Source: Flavobacteriales bacterium (GTDB lineage: Bacteria; Bacteroidota; Bacteroidia; NS11-12g; UBA955). From it: a stretch of 64,000 nt of DNA. Each line of letters opens with the position of its first letter. The first letter of the stretch is position 1. The notes below the pieces were generated by a model, which saw only the letters and a program-made list of their open reading frames with translations, searched no databases and had not been told where the DNA came from. The position numbers were made by a program, and so were the translations under genes. The stretch lies in assembly GCA_947457565.1 (NCBI GenBank), contig CANGWH010000004.1, positions 149 through 64,148 on the forward strand. The letters are read 5' to 3'. Below, piece by piece: positions 10,350-18,997 of the stretch.

Positions 10350-12593
10350 ATGCGACTTATTGTTTTATTTGTAGGGTTCTTTTATTTCTCAAGTTTGGTG
10401 GGTCAAAGCGTAAATGATTCCATGGGACGGCGTGTGGCAGATACCACAGGAAGTGGTGTAGTTGATTCTGCAAAAATCGAAAAGATGGAGACGATTGAAA
10501 TCAAGGTCTCGGGTTCTTTAATTGAAAATAAATCAGATCGATTGGTTTACAACGCGGCGGCTGATATCATGGCTAAAGGGTCATCGGCTTCCGAATTGTT
10601 GGCAAAAGTACCGTTGGTGGATGTAGACATGGACGGGAATGTATCGATTCGTGGCAGTCAGAATTTAAGGATTTTAATTAATGGCAGACCCTCAGGGATG
10701 ATGGCGGGAAATGTAGCGGATGCATTGCGGAGTTTGCCGGGAGCCAGCATTGATAAAATTGAGGTAATCACCAATCCTTCGGCCAAATACGATGCGGAGG
10801 GAACCGGGGGCATCATCAATATCATTTTAAAAGAAGTTAAAATAAAAGGAACCACTTCCAATTATGCAGCGGGAATTGGTACGCGCAGTGCCAATTTCAG
10901 TGCGGATGTTACCAACCAAAACGGTAAAACCGGGATTACGGCCCGATTAGGAGGGCATTTTTGGCGAAGTTGGGGCGATGGGAGAACGCGCAGAACCAAT
11001 GAAATTAATGGAATCGATTATTTGTTGTTGCAAAATAATTCGGTAAACAATTGGGGGGGCGGTCCGAGGTTAACGTTGGGAATCGACCATCAAATAAGTA
11101 AAAAATCGGCCATTAATATCACTGCAACCTTGCGTTCACGATTTAGAAACAGCGATAACGCTTGGAATACCTCTACAGGCAAAGAAAATGATCCCGTTGT
11201 TTTTTTGTGGAATCAGGCCACGGATAACTTAACTACAGGCCTTGGCATGGATTTAAATGCCGATTATAGGAAAACCTTTAAAAAACCCGGTAGAGATTTG
11301 GGAATATCCGCTCAATATACGGTAGATCAGGACAATACCGATTATGAATTGCATCGATTCGACAGTATTGGTCTCGAAACGCGGTTTGAGCAAAGCAGAA
11401 ATATCGGCCAGAATCGAGAGTTTACGGTACAATTGGATTTTACTGAACCCTTGACCTCAAAATTATTGATGGAATCGGGACTGAAAACTATTCTTAGAAG
11501 TGTAAATTCTGATTATAATTTTGATAGCATGGATTACAGTTTGCAACGTTTGGCCAGCATCGACTATCGAAAAAATAGATTTGATTATTACCAAAACGTT
11601 TTGGGGGGCTACACTCAGTTTAGCTATAATGCTAGTAAGTTATTGTCGTTTAAATTTGGGGTAAGGGCCGAATTCACCGAATTCGGTGGTAGATTGTATT
11701 ATCCTACAGAAGATAGATATATAGGCAAACCGTATTTCAATCCGATTCCGTATTTCAACGTAAACAGGAATTTTGACGGGGGTAGCTTTTTAAAGTTCAC
11801 CTATACGCAGCGGATACAGAGACCGAGCTTATTCTTTTTAAATCCGTACACCAATTTTTCAGACCCATTAAATATAACCACGGGTAATCCGCGGTTGAAT
11901 GCGGAGTTGAGCAATAATCTGGAGTTAAGTTGGGGGAAGTACGGCAAAACTGGAGGTGGCGGAGTGAATGTATATTACAGGAATACGGATAATGCGATAG
12001 AAACTATCCGTACCATTGGGAAAGATAGGGTTTATCGCACTACGTATGGAAATGTAGGATTGAATAACACGGTGGGGATGGACATGAATGCAAATCTAAA
12101 AACCGGTAAATGGACGCTGAATTTTAACGGAGGTTTGGGGTATGTAATGATTCGAAGTTTGATTGACACGGGTTCTATTGCGGGTTTAAGCAACAAAGCG
12201 CTGACGTATAATGCTGGATTTCGTGGTAGTTTGAAAATGAAAAACAACTGGCAGATGGAGGTTTGGGGTAGGTTTAACGCCCCAACAATTTCATTGCAAG
12301 GATATTCTATGAGTTGGTTTTTTCATATGGTAGGGTTTAAAAAACGATTTAACGAAGATCGCGGAGGCCTTGGCTTTGGAATAGATAACCCGTTAACTCC
12401 CCAAATTGATATTGTTACCCGGACACAAGGCACCGATTTTACCTTCTACAGTATGCAGCGCTTGAATTTGTGGGGTGTGAGGGTGAATTTTGATTATAAA
12501 ATTGGCAGTATGAGTGTTGAGAAACCTAACCAGGTTAAACGTAAATTACAGAACGACGATTTGAAAAAAGCCGAAGGTGACGGGGCCATGTAA
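10350..12593 (+). CDS. TonB-dependent receptor / outer-membrane beta-barrel family protein
   Basis: Plug motifs DRLVYN, ELLAKVPLVDVDMDGNVSIRG and IEVITNPSAKYDAEGTGGIINIILK. Barrel motifs RIQRPS...LNP and GNPRLNAE. Confidence 0.9.
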   Translation: MRLIVLFVGFFYFSSLVGQSVNDSMGRRVADTTGSGVVDSAKIEKMETIEIKVSGSLIENKSDRLVYNAAADIMAKGSSASELLAKVPLVDVDMDGNVSIRGSQNLRILINGRPSGMMAGNVADALRSLPGASIDKIEVITNPSAKYDAEGTGGIINIILKEVKIKGTTSNYAAGIGTRSANFSADVTNQNGKTGITARLGGHFWRSWGDGRTRRTNEINGIDYLLLQNNSVNNWGGGPRLTLGIDHQISKKSAINITATLRSRFRNSDNAWNTSTGKENDPVVFLWNQATDNLTTGLGMDLNADYRKTFKKPGRDLGISAQYTVDQDNTDYELHRFDSIGLETRFEQSRNIGQNREFTVQLDFTEPLTSKLLMESGLKTILRSVNSDYNFDSMDYSLQRLASIDYRKNRFDYYQNVLGGYTQFSYNASKLLSFKFGVRAEFTEFGGRLYYPTEDRYIGKPYFNPIPYFNVNRNFDGGSFLKFTYTQRIQRPSLFFLNPYTNFSDPLNITTGNPRLNAELSNNLELSWGKYGKTGGGGVNVYYRNTDNAIETIRTIGKDRVYRTTYGNVGLNNTVGMDMNANLKTGKWTLNFNGGLGYVMIRSLIDTGSIAGLSNKALTYNAGFRGSLKMKNNWQMEVWGRFNAPTISLQGYSMSWFFHMVGFKKRFNEDRGGLGFGIDNPLTPQIDIVTRTQGTDFTFYSMQRLNLWGVRVNFDYKIGSMSVEKPNQVKRKLQNDDLKKAEGDGAM

Positions 12594-12658
12594 ACGTTTA
12601 TATACGATTAAGTTCGCTTACGTTGAAAAGATGGGAATTACGGTAGAGAATTAAATGG

Positions 12659-12666
12659 TAATTTTG
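12659..12666 (+). promoter_or_regulatory. -7 promoter element (TAATTTTG) for the DUF3127 gene
   Basis: TAnnTTTG match 5 nt before ATG 12672. Confidence 0.5.
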
Positions 12667-12671
12667 TATTT

Positions 12672-13097
12672 ATGGAAATGTCAGGAACCGTTATCGCTAT
12701 TTTATCTAAACAAACAGGAACAAATAAAGCCGGTAATACTTGGGAAAAACAAGACTTTGTGATTCAAACCTCGGGACAGTATCCCAAGAAATTGTGTTTT
12801 GCTGTATGGGGTGACAAAATTGCTAAATTTCAAATTAAGGAGGGCGAAGAAATAACCGTATTTTTCGATGTGGAAAGTAGAGAATATATGGGTAAATATT
12901 ACACCGATGTGAAAGCATGGAACGTAACCAAAGGAGCAATTATGTCGAATAGTTCAATGGGCGGTGGCTATAATGCCTCAAACTCAGATGCAATGGGCGG
13001 TGGTGGAATGGCAACGGCAAATCCATTTGAGGGCAGTGGAGCCCCAGCGGTTTCTGCCGATTTAGGCAATTCCGATATAGATGACTTGCCATTTTAG
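12672..13097 (+). CDS. DUF3127 family OB-fold protein with SSB-like acidic tail
   Basis: WEKQDFVIQT..QYPKKLCF, SREYMGKYYTDVKAW, Gly-rich linker, C-terminal DIDDLPF. Confidence 0.88.
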   Translation: MEMSGTVIAILSKQTGTNKAGNTWEKQDFVIQTSGQYPKKLCFAVWGDKIAKFQIKEGEEITVFFDVESREYMGKYYTDVKAWNVTKGAIMSNSSMGGGYNASNSDAMGGGGMATANPFEGSGAPAVSADLGNSDIDDLPF

Positions 13098-13203
13098 GAT
13101 TGCACTGTCCTTTAAATTTGTCATAATTGAATCATTATTTTGACAAAGAGAAAACGAATCGTTAATTTGCGTAGTCTATTTATTATTATATTACCCAAGG
13201 ACT

Positions 13204-16200
13204 ATGCGGTTATTACTCAAACGGAAGATTATTTTTGCAAAAATTGGTGCATTTTTACTGGCTTTAACTACGCTAGTTTTGCATGGTGCAGATTTTTATG
13301 TCAGTAAAACCGGGGTAGATACCAATCCAGGTACCTTAGCTTCTCCATTTCTCACTATTGGTAAAGCAATTTCTACTGCAGCCGCAGGCGATAACGTATA
13401 TGTTGGTACCGGTGCTTATTCGGAATCTGTAGTTATTACCAAATCGCTTAAGTTCTTTGTGGATAGCTGTCAGGTGAATAAGTTAATCATGTATAATTCT
13501 ACCGCTGTTTTAACCTTGGATGGTTGGAATAGCCTTAAGAGTTTTAACGTGTTTGATTCGTTGGTTTTAACCAGAGGTATTGTTAAAGTTGAAAATACAT
13601 TATCGGCGTTTCGTGCATTGAAATCATGCGGAATAGGCGGCGGAAACGCTACCAGTTTCGTGGATGGGCGGTTGCATATTGGCAAAGAAACAGGGATAAT
13701 GGATATAACATTCCCTGTAGGAGTAAGCAACAGTTATAGGCCTACACGAATTACATTTACCAAATCCAATGGTGATCTTACTTATTATTTTGCTGAAGTT
13801 AAACAGGGGGCTGCATTATCTCCTGGGAATTTACCTTCCGGAATTAGAAATTATTCACGTGTAAATTATTATAATCTAGGTACGGTTCCCAAAAATGCGG
13901 CCAACAGTAATTCGTTTGTTTTGGACATTAATTATGATTCGGTTCAAATGGACGACAGGGTTTACGATGGCCCCAATTTGAGAGTAATTGGTTACGAAGG
14001 TAGCTCTGCATGGGGAAATTATGGAGGTACGGGCTCTGCTGTAAGAAAGGGTAAAATTACTACGGTTTCAATGGCTAAATTGGGCTTGTTTGCGTTGGCT
14101 AATGCGTATCAACAACTTACCGCTACGCAACGCAAATCGGGGGTGAATACATTGGGCAGTGACTCCGCATACGCTAAATGGAGAATTAATTTGGGTCGTT
14201 GTTCTAATGATTCTATACGGTTTTTAGACCAATCTAAAAGTATAGGTTCTGCAATTCAATCGTACTCTTGGAATTTTGGAGACCCTGCAAGTTTTATAAA
14301 TACTTCCACAAAAAGAAATCCAGTTTTTAAGTTTAGCGGTGCTGGAACCTACCGGGTGAGTATGGTGATGATGAATAATGACGGTTATTTGGATTCATGG
14401 GTTGAAGATATTACTATATTCCAATCGCCCATCATTGTGAGAACAGCTCGTGAACTGTGCATTGGAGAGACAACCACCTTTACCGATAATTCATTGGCCC
14501 CCAAAGCTACGGATATTTCTAAATGGTATTGGAACATGGGGGATGGGGGTACGCCTGCACCGCCACCTACTATTTACACTACCAAAACAGTAACGCATAC
14601 CTATGCAAATCCAGGGCCGTATAAGGTATTTCATTATGTTACCTCGAAGGATAACTGTGAAACTCGGGACACCTTTACGTATTTTGTGCACAACAAACCG
14701 TCCGTAGATTTTACTACAGAAGATAAGTGTATAGGACAAACCAACGCTTTTACTGATAATACTACGGTTGATGTGCCAGACAAGATTAGGTCAAGGATTT
14801 GGTATATGGGCGACGGTCAGGTGCTAACAGGAACTACAGCTGCAGATTATAAAATTATCACTAAAAAGTATGGTGCACCTGGATTGTATCAAGTTAAAAT
14901 ATTGGTGTTTTCAGATTTTCAAGGATTGCGCGGCTACTGCCGTGATTCATTAACAAAACCCGTTAGAATTTACGATAATCCTAAAATCAAATACGAACAG
15001 TCGCACACTTGTTTTGAAGAGACAACCACCTTTACGGATAAAACAACTGTAGATCCTGCGGATTTTGCTAAATCGTATTCGTGGAATTTTGGCGATTTAA
15101 CCTTCGATACTACCATGTATGGTGCTTCCCACGATTACTTAGCGGCCGGAGCCTACAAAACGAGATTAACGGTTATAACAAACGCGCTTTGTTCATCGTC
15201 CGATACCATGACGGTGTATGTTCACCCCAAGCCGAAAGCAGATTTTACCACTAAGGAAAAGTGTTTTGGTGATTCTACCGAGTTTATTCACCTGCCAACA
15301 GCAGGAATACCCGATACTCGAATGACCTACAACTGGCGTGTTGATAATCTGTATGTGTATTTCAATAAGGATATCAAGCATAAATTTGCTGCACCGGGAA
15401 CATACACGGCAAAAATGTATGCCACAACCAATCAATTTTGCAAGGATTCCATAGAAAAAACAGTACGTAGTTTCTACATGCCGAGGGTATATTTTGATTT
15501 GGATCAGACCATCACCCCCAACGATTCCATCCAATGTTTAAAATACAACAACTATTATTTTAATAAGATTGTTGATATCGACCCTAACGATACCTTGTTT
15601 AATTCGGCTTGGAATTTTGGGGATGGTACTACGGAAATGCCCGCTACTAGTATCAACCATAATTTTGATAGTGTAAAGGTATACACGGTGAAATTATACG
15701 GTGTAAGTATTCATGGCTGTGCGGATAGTATGGTTAGACAGTACGAAACAAAACCGAGTCCAGTGGCTAAGTTTTATTTTGAGGGCGATTGCGTGCCTGA
15801 TTCAATTCTGTTTAATGATACTTCCAGTATTTCGGTGTTGCCAATTGTAAAACGAACTTGGGTTTTTGAAGGAACGGAATACAGCAGCTTGCCGTTACCT
15901 AACAAGTATCAATATACAACGGCTGGTCCTCATGACGTTTCTTATGTGATAACGAATGATGTGGGTTGTTCAGACACGATGCTTAAAAGCATTTCATTTA
16001 CAGAGAAACCTACATTATCCATCAATTTCAGCGGTACAATGCCTTTGTGTTTGGGAGATTCTATCAATGTTAGTATTAGCGGTGCCGATACTATAACATG
16101 GTTGCATGATGGAAGCACGCAGGCCGTAAGGAATTTTTACGGTAAGGGTTGGTATAAAATAGCTGGAAAAACGGGCATTTGTACGGCATTGGATTCAATT

Positions 16201-16719
16201 TTTGTGCAGGCATATCCGCCGTCCAAAATTAACGCGTACAACGATACCACAATCTATAGAGGTACTACCGCAAAATTATGGACCGATGGAGTGAAAGATT
16301 TTAAATGGAGTCCTAACAAATGGATTAATTCAGATACATTGAAAGTAATCACCGCAAGACCGCTGGATACTATGGTTTATAAGGTGTACACCAAAGATGC
16401 AAATGGATGTGAATCGGAAGATTCGGTGAAAGTTAAGGTTATTGACCCTCCATTGGTGAGAATTCCCAACTTAATTACGCCCAATAGCGATGGGGAAAAT
16501 GAGTTCTGGGATTTGAGTGAATTAAAGGATTATTGGCTGTATGATATTACGCTTAGCGATAGACAAGGTAAGCGCATTTTCTATACCCAAAATTACCAAA
16601 ACGATTGGCAGGCTTTAGATACCGATGGCGGACAGTTGCCTGTTGGTATTTATTTCTACCACATGAAGAACAGAAATACAGGCGAAGAATACAGAGGTTT
16701 TATTCAAGTTATTAGATAA
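13204..16719 (+). CDS. T9SS type-B CTD (gliding-motility-associated CTD) surface protein with multiple PKD domains
   Basis: N-terminal FYVSKTGVDTNPGTLASPFLTIGKAI (DUF1565-like). Repeated WNFGD/WNMGDG/WYMGDG PKD motifs. C-terminal IPNLITPNSDGENEFW...LPVGIYFY...GFIQVIR. Confidence 0.9.
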   Translation: MRLLLKRKIIFAKIGAFLLALTTLVLHGADFYVSKTGVDTNPGTLASPFLTIGKAISTAAAGDNVYVGTGAYSESVVITKSLKFFVDSCQVNKLIMYNSTAVLTLDGWNSLKSFNVFDSLVLTRGIVKVENTLSAFRALKSCGIGGGNATSFVDGRLHIGKETGIMDITFPVGVSNSYRPTRITFTKSNGDLTYYFAEVKQGAALSPGNLPSGIRNYSRVNYYNLGTVPKNAANSNSFVLDINYDSVQMDDRVYDGPNLRVIGYEGSSAWGNYGGTGSAVRKGKITTVSMAKLGLFALANAYQQLTATQRKSGVNTLGSDSAYAKWRINLGRCSNDSIRFLDQSKSIGSAIQSYSWNFGDPASFINTSTKRNPVFKFSGAGTYRVSMVMMNNDGYLDSWVEDITIFQSPIIVRTARELCIGETTTFTDNSLAPKATDISKWYWNMGDGGTPAPPPTIYTTKTVTHTYANPGPYKVFHYVTSKDNCETRDTFTYFVHNKPSVDFTTEDKCIGQTNAFTDNTTVDVPDKIRSRIWYMGDGQVLTGTTAADYKIITKKYGAPGLYQVKILVFSDFQGLRGYCRDSLTKPVRIYDNPKIKYEQSHTCFEETTTFTDKTTVDPADFAKSYSWNFGDLTFDTTMYGASHDYLAAGAYKTRLTVITNALCSSSDTMTVYVHPKPKADFTTKEKCFGDSTEFIHLPTAGIPDTRMTYNWRVDNLYVYFNKDIKHKFAAPGTYTAKMYATTNQFCKDSIEKTVRSFYMPRVYFDLDQTITPNDSIQCLKYNNYYFNKIVDIDPNDTLFNSAWNFGDGTTEMPATSINHNFDSVKVYTVKLYGVSIHGCADSMVRQYETKPSPVAKFYFEGDCVPDSILFNDTSSISVLPIVKRTWVFEGTEYSSLPLPNKYQYTTAGPHDVSYVITNDVGCSDTMLKSISFTEKPTLSINFSGTMPLCLGDSINVSISGADTITWLHDGSTQAVRNFYGKGWYKIAGKTGICTALDSIFVQAYPPSKINAYNDTTIYRGTTAKLWTDGVKDFKWSPNKWINSDTLKVITARPLDTMVYKVYTKDANGCESEDSVKVKVIDPPLVRIPNLITPNSDGENEFWDLSELKDYWLYDITLSDRQGKRIFYTQNYQNDWQALDTDGGQLPVGIYFYHMKNRNTGEEYRGFIQVIR

Positions 16720-16725
16720 AGAGAC

Positions 16726-18072
16726 ATGCTTAAGAAACAACTTTTATTAGGGTCAGTTGCCGTAGTTTGTGCAACACAGAGTTTTGCTCAAATGGGGGCG
16801 AAGTTCGACCAATACTATATGGATTATTCTTTGATTAATCCGGCGGCGATGAATACCCACACCCAAGGGCATGTTACTGTTTTTAATAACCGCATGTTTT
16901 CAGCAGTCCCTGGAGGTCCGCAGCATACCGTGTTGAATGTTAATTTGCCTGTACCTTCCAAAAATACAGGCTATGGTCTTTTTTATATGCGTGAGCGGGT
17001 TGGATTTTCAGAAGCGCACAATGCCTATGCTACGTATGCATATTCGTTGCCACTGGGGGGAACTACCAATTTGAATTTGGGGGTAAGTGTTGGGGCGATA
17101 AGGCAGTCTTTCGACTTATCTAAGGCTATTTATATTTCTGGCAATGACGATATAATTAAGAGTTTAATAATTACCCCACCGGTTACTAGAGCAGATTTGA
17201 GAGCATCGGCATTTGTTAATGGAGAAAAATGGTTTGGTGGTTTAGCAATTTCTAGACTAACGGCACCAACATTCGATTATACCTATTATAAATACAATGC
17301 TTCGTATCAATTACAATCCCAGGCTTCGTTTTTATTAGGGTTTAATATTGATGGAGGAGGAGATTTAGTGATTAAACCATCGTTGTTGGTTTCTGGGTAT
17401 AACTGGGACTATTATCGCGTTCAGTTTAATGCCAGCGCTTGGTACCAAGAGAAGTTTTGGCTAGGTTTTAATGCCAATGATTTAGGGCAGATTGGCGGTA
17501 ATATCGGATTTACTCCACAAGAAGATATCCGAGTTTCCTATTCCTATACCACACCCACCGGCAGCCAGCGTGTGGCCTTGGGTAATACGCATGAATTCCA
17601 TACATTTATTGGTTTCTCTGCGTTGGGCGGTGGACCGCGAAATAGTGATTCCGATGAAACCGATGGTTCTAGCGACGGCGAAGGGCAAGAAACCAAGAAC
17701 GGCGAAGACGGTGATGGTTTCTCCGGAGCTACGAATTCAGACCGGTCTGAAGTCATCGTTAAAAGTTTAGCGGATTTAAAAGCAGCAGGATTGGGTAGAG
17801 ATACCGCATTGTTGAAAATTCAACCTATTGATAAAGTTAAATCGGCTCCTGGATTTTATCTTGTTGCAGGATTGCATGTTAGCGAAGCAAAGGCAAATAA
17901 ACAAATCAAAGATTTGTATAAAAAAGGTGTTGTTTCCTTTAAAATGTTTGATCCAACCAACAAAAGTTTCTATGTATTCTTGAAAGATTACGCTACAGAA
18001 AAAGAAGCAAACAGAGATTTATTCTATTTCCAATCTGCCGTTCCATCGGTTTGGGTTCGAGAGGTGAAGTAA
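16726..18072 (+). CDS. PorP/SprF family T9SS outer-membrane protein with acidic linker and C-terminal SPOR-like domain
   Basis: FDQYYMDYSLINPAA, VPGGP, YAYSLPL, LGVSVG, SYSY...GNTHEF. Then a G/D/E/S linker and PGFYLVAGLHVSEAKAN...YATEKEAN...VWVREVK. Confidence 0.85.
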   Translation: MLKKQLLLGSVAVVCATQSFAQMGAKFDQYYMDYSLINPAAMNTHTQGHVTVFNNRMFSAVPGGPQHTVLNVNLPVPSKNTGYGLFYMRERVGFSEAHNAYATYAYSLPLGGTTNLNLGVSVGAIRQSFDLSKAIYISGNDDIIKSLIITPPVTRADLRASAFVNGEKWFGGLAISRLTAPTFDYTYYKYNASYQLQSQASFLLGFNIDGGGDLVIKPSLLVSGYNWDYYRVQFNASAWYQEKFWLGFNANDLGQIGGNIGFTPQEDIRVSYSYTTPTGSQRVALGNTHEFHTFIGFSALGGGPRNSDSDETDGSSDGEGQETKNGEDGDGFSGATNSDRSEVIVKSLADLKAAGLGRDTALLKIQPIDKVKSAPGFYLVAGLHVSEAKANKQIKDLYKKGVVSFKMFDPTNKSFYVFLKDYATEKEANRDLFYFQSAVPSVWVREVK

Positions 18073-18086
18073 AATTTTAGCCGCTC

Positions 18087-18114
18087 CTACCAATTATTTG
18101 GTAGTAATTTTTTT
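18087..18114 (+). terminator. Putative intrinsic terminator after PorP-SPOR gene 1
   Basis: CTACCAA-ttat-TTGGTAG hairpin followed by TAATTTTTTT. Confidence 0.5.
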
Positions 18115-18321
18115 AGGATGCCTGACGTCAATTTAGGGTACAACACTCGTTAAATGAGTTGTTTCTTTTATTTTATTTGAGGTTTGATGGGGAATAGCCG
18201 GTTTAATAAATCTGGTGTATTGCTTGTTAACATTTTTTTATCGGTAGTTTAATCCCGTTATTTTTGACCCAACTAAAATATATTGTATTTATTGCATATT
18301 GTTAGTTTAATATCGGAGTTT

Positions 18322-18329
18322 TATCTTTG
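18322..18329 (+). promoter_or_regulatory. -7 promoter element (TATCTTTG) for the OmpA-SprB-like operon
   Basis: TAnnTTTG 5 nt before ATG 18335; a second match (TATTTTTG) lies at 18259-18266. Confidence 0.5.
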
Positions 18330-18334
18330 ACGAC

Positions 18335-18973
18335 ATGAAAAAATTATTTATCGTTCAATTAGTAGTTGTATTATTAGTTTCATCTTGTGGAATTAAGACG
18401 AAGGAGCAGTACATGAAATCTAAATTGTCGGGTATAGTAACAGAGGATTATTCTGCGTATTTCGACAAGCAAATGGACGAAGAACTAGATTTGATTAACA
18501 AGAAAACAGGGAAGATGCAAAAGGAAATAGACAAATTAAGTGCATGTTGTCAATCTCCAACCAGTTTTAAGGATTCTTTCGCGGCTATTAATGCGAAAAT
18601 AGCTGAGATCGAAAAAAATGCTGCAGCAAGTAATGCAACGTCAGAAGTTGGTAAATTGAGCATTTATTACGATTTGAATTTAGCTGTGTTAACAAAATTC
18701 CATGAGCGTGAGATTATTCGTTGGTACGGTAATTTAGCCATTACAGGAAAATTAACAGCGACTACTATGTTCATGGTGTCTTCTTATACGGATCAAATCG
18801 GGGGCGATGAATATAACAAGAAATTGAGCGATAAACGTTCTCAAGCGGTAGTGAAGTATTTGACTGAAGTAATGAATGTACCGGCGAACAGAATTAAGGT
18901 AATGCCACCGCAAGCGCCAATGAAATTGGATAACAGAATTATTGAACGCAGATCTGAGATCTGGATTCAATAA
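18335..18973 (+). CDS. Small lipoprotein with coiled-coil and OmpA-like peptidoglycan-binding domain
   Basis: Lipobox LLVSSC, a helical/coiled-coil segment, and SYTDQIGGDEYNKKLSDKRSQAVVKYL...RRSEI matching the OmpA_C motif. Confidence 0.82.
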   Translation: MKKLFIVQLVVVLLVSSCGIKTKEQYMKSKLSGIVTEDYSAYFDKQMDEELDLINKKTGKMQKEIDKLSACCQSPTSFKDSFAAINAKIAEIEKNAAASNATSEVGKLSIYYDLNLAVLTKFHEREIIRWYGNLAITGKLTATTMFMVSSYTDQIGGDEYNKKLSDKRSQAVVKYLTEVMNVPANRIKVMPPQAPMKLDNRIIERRSEIWIQ

Positions 18974-18997
18974 TCATTGAATAATTGAAAAGGAACT

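Noticed and set aside
10286..12600. Palindrome TAAACGTTTA on both sides of the TonB receptor gene (10287, 12591), suggesting a target-site duplication
   Set aside because: It is an AT-rich 10-mer that also occurs inside susD (52057), and there is no mobility gene, so chance is likely.
18073..18334. Possible ncRNA or invertible promoter in the 262-bp gap
   Set aside because: Only short imperfect hairpins are present. No convincing flanking inverted repeats or recombinase were found.
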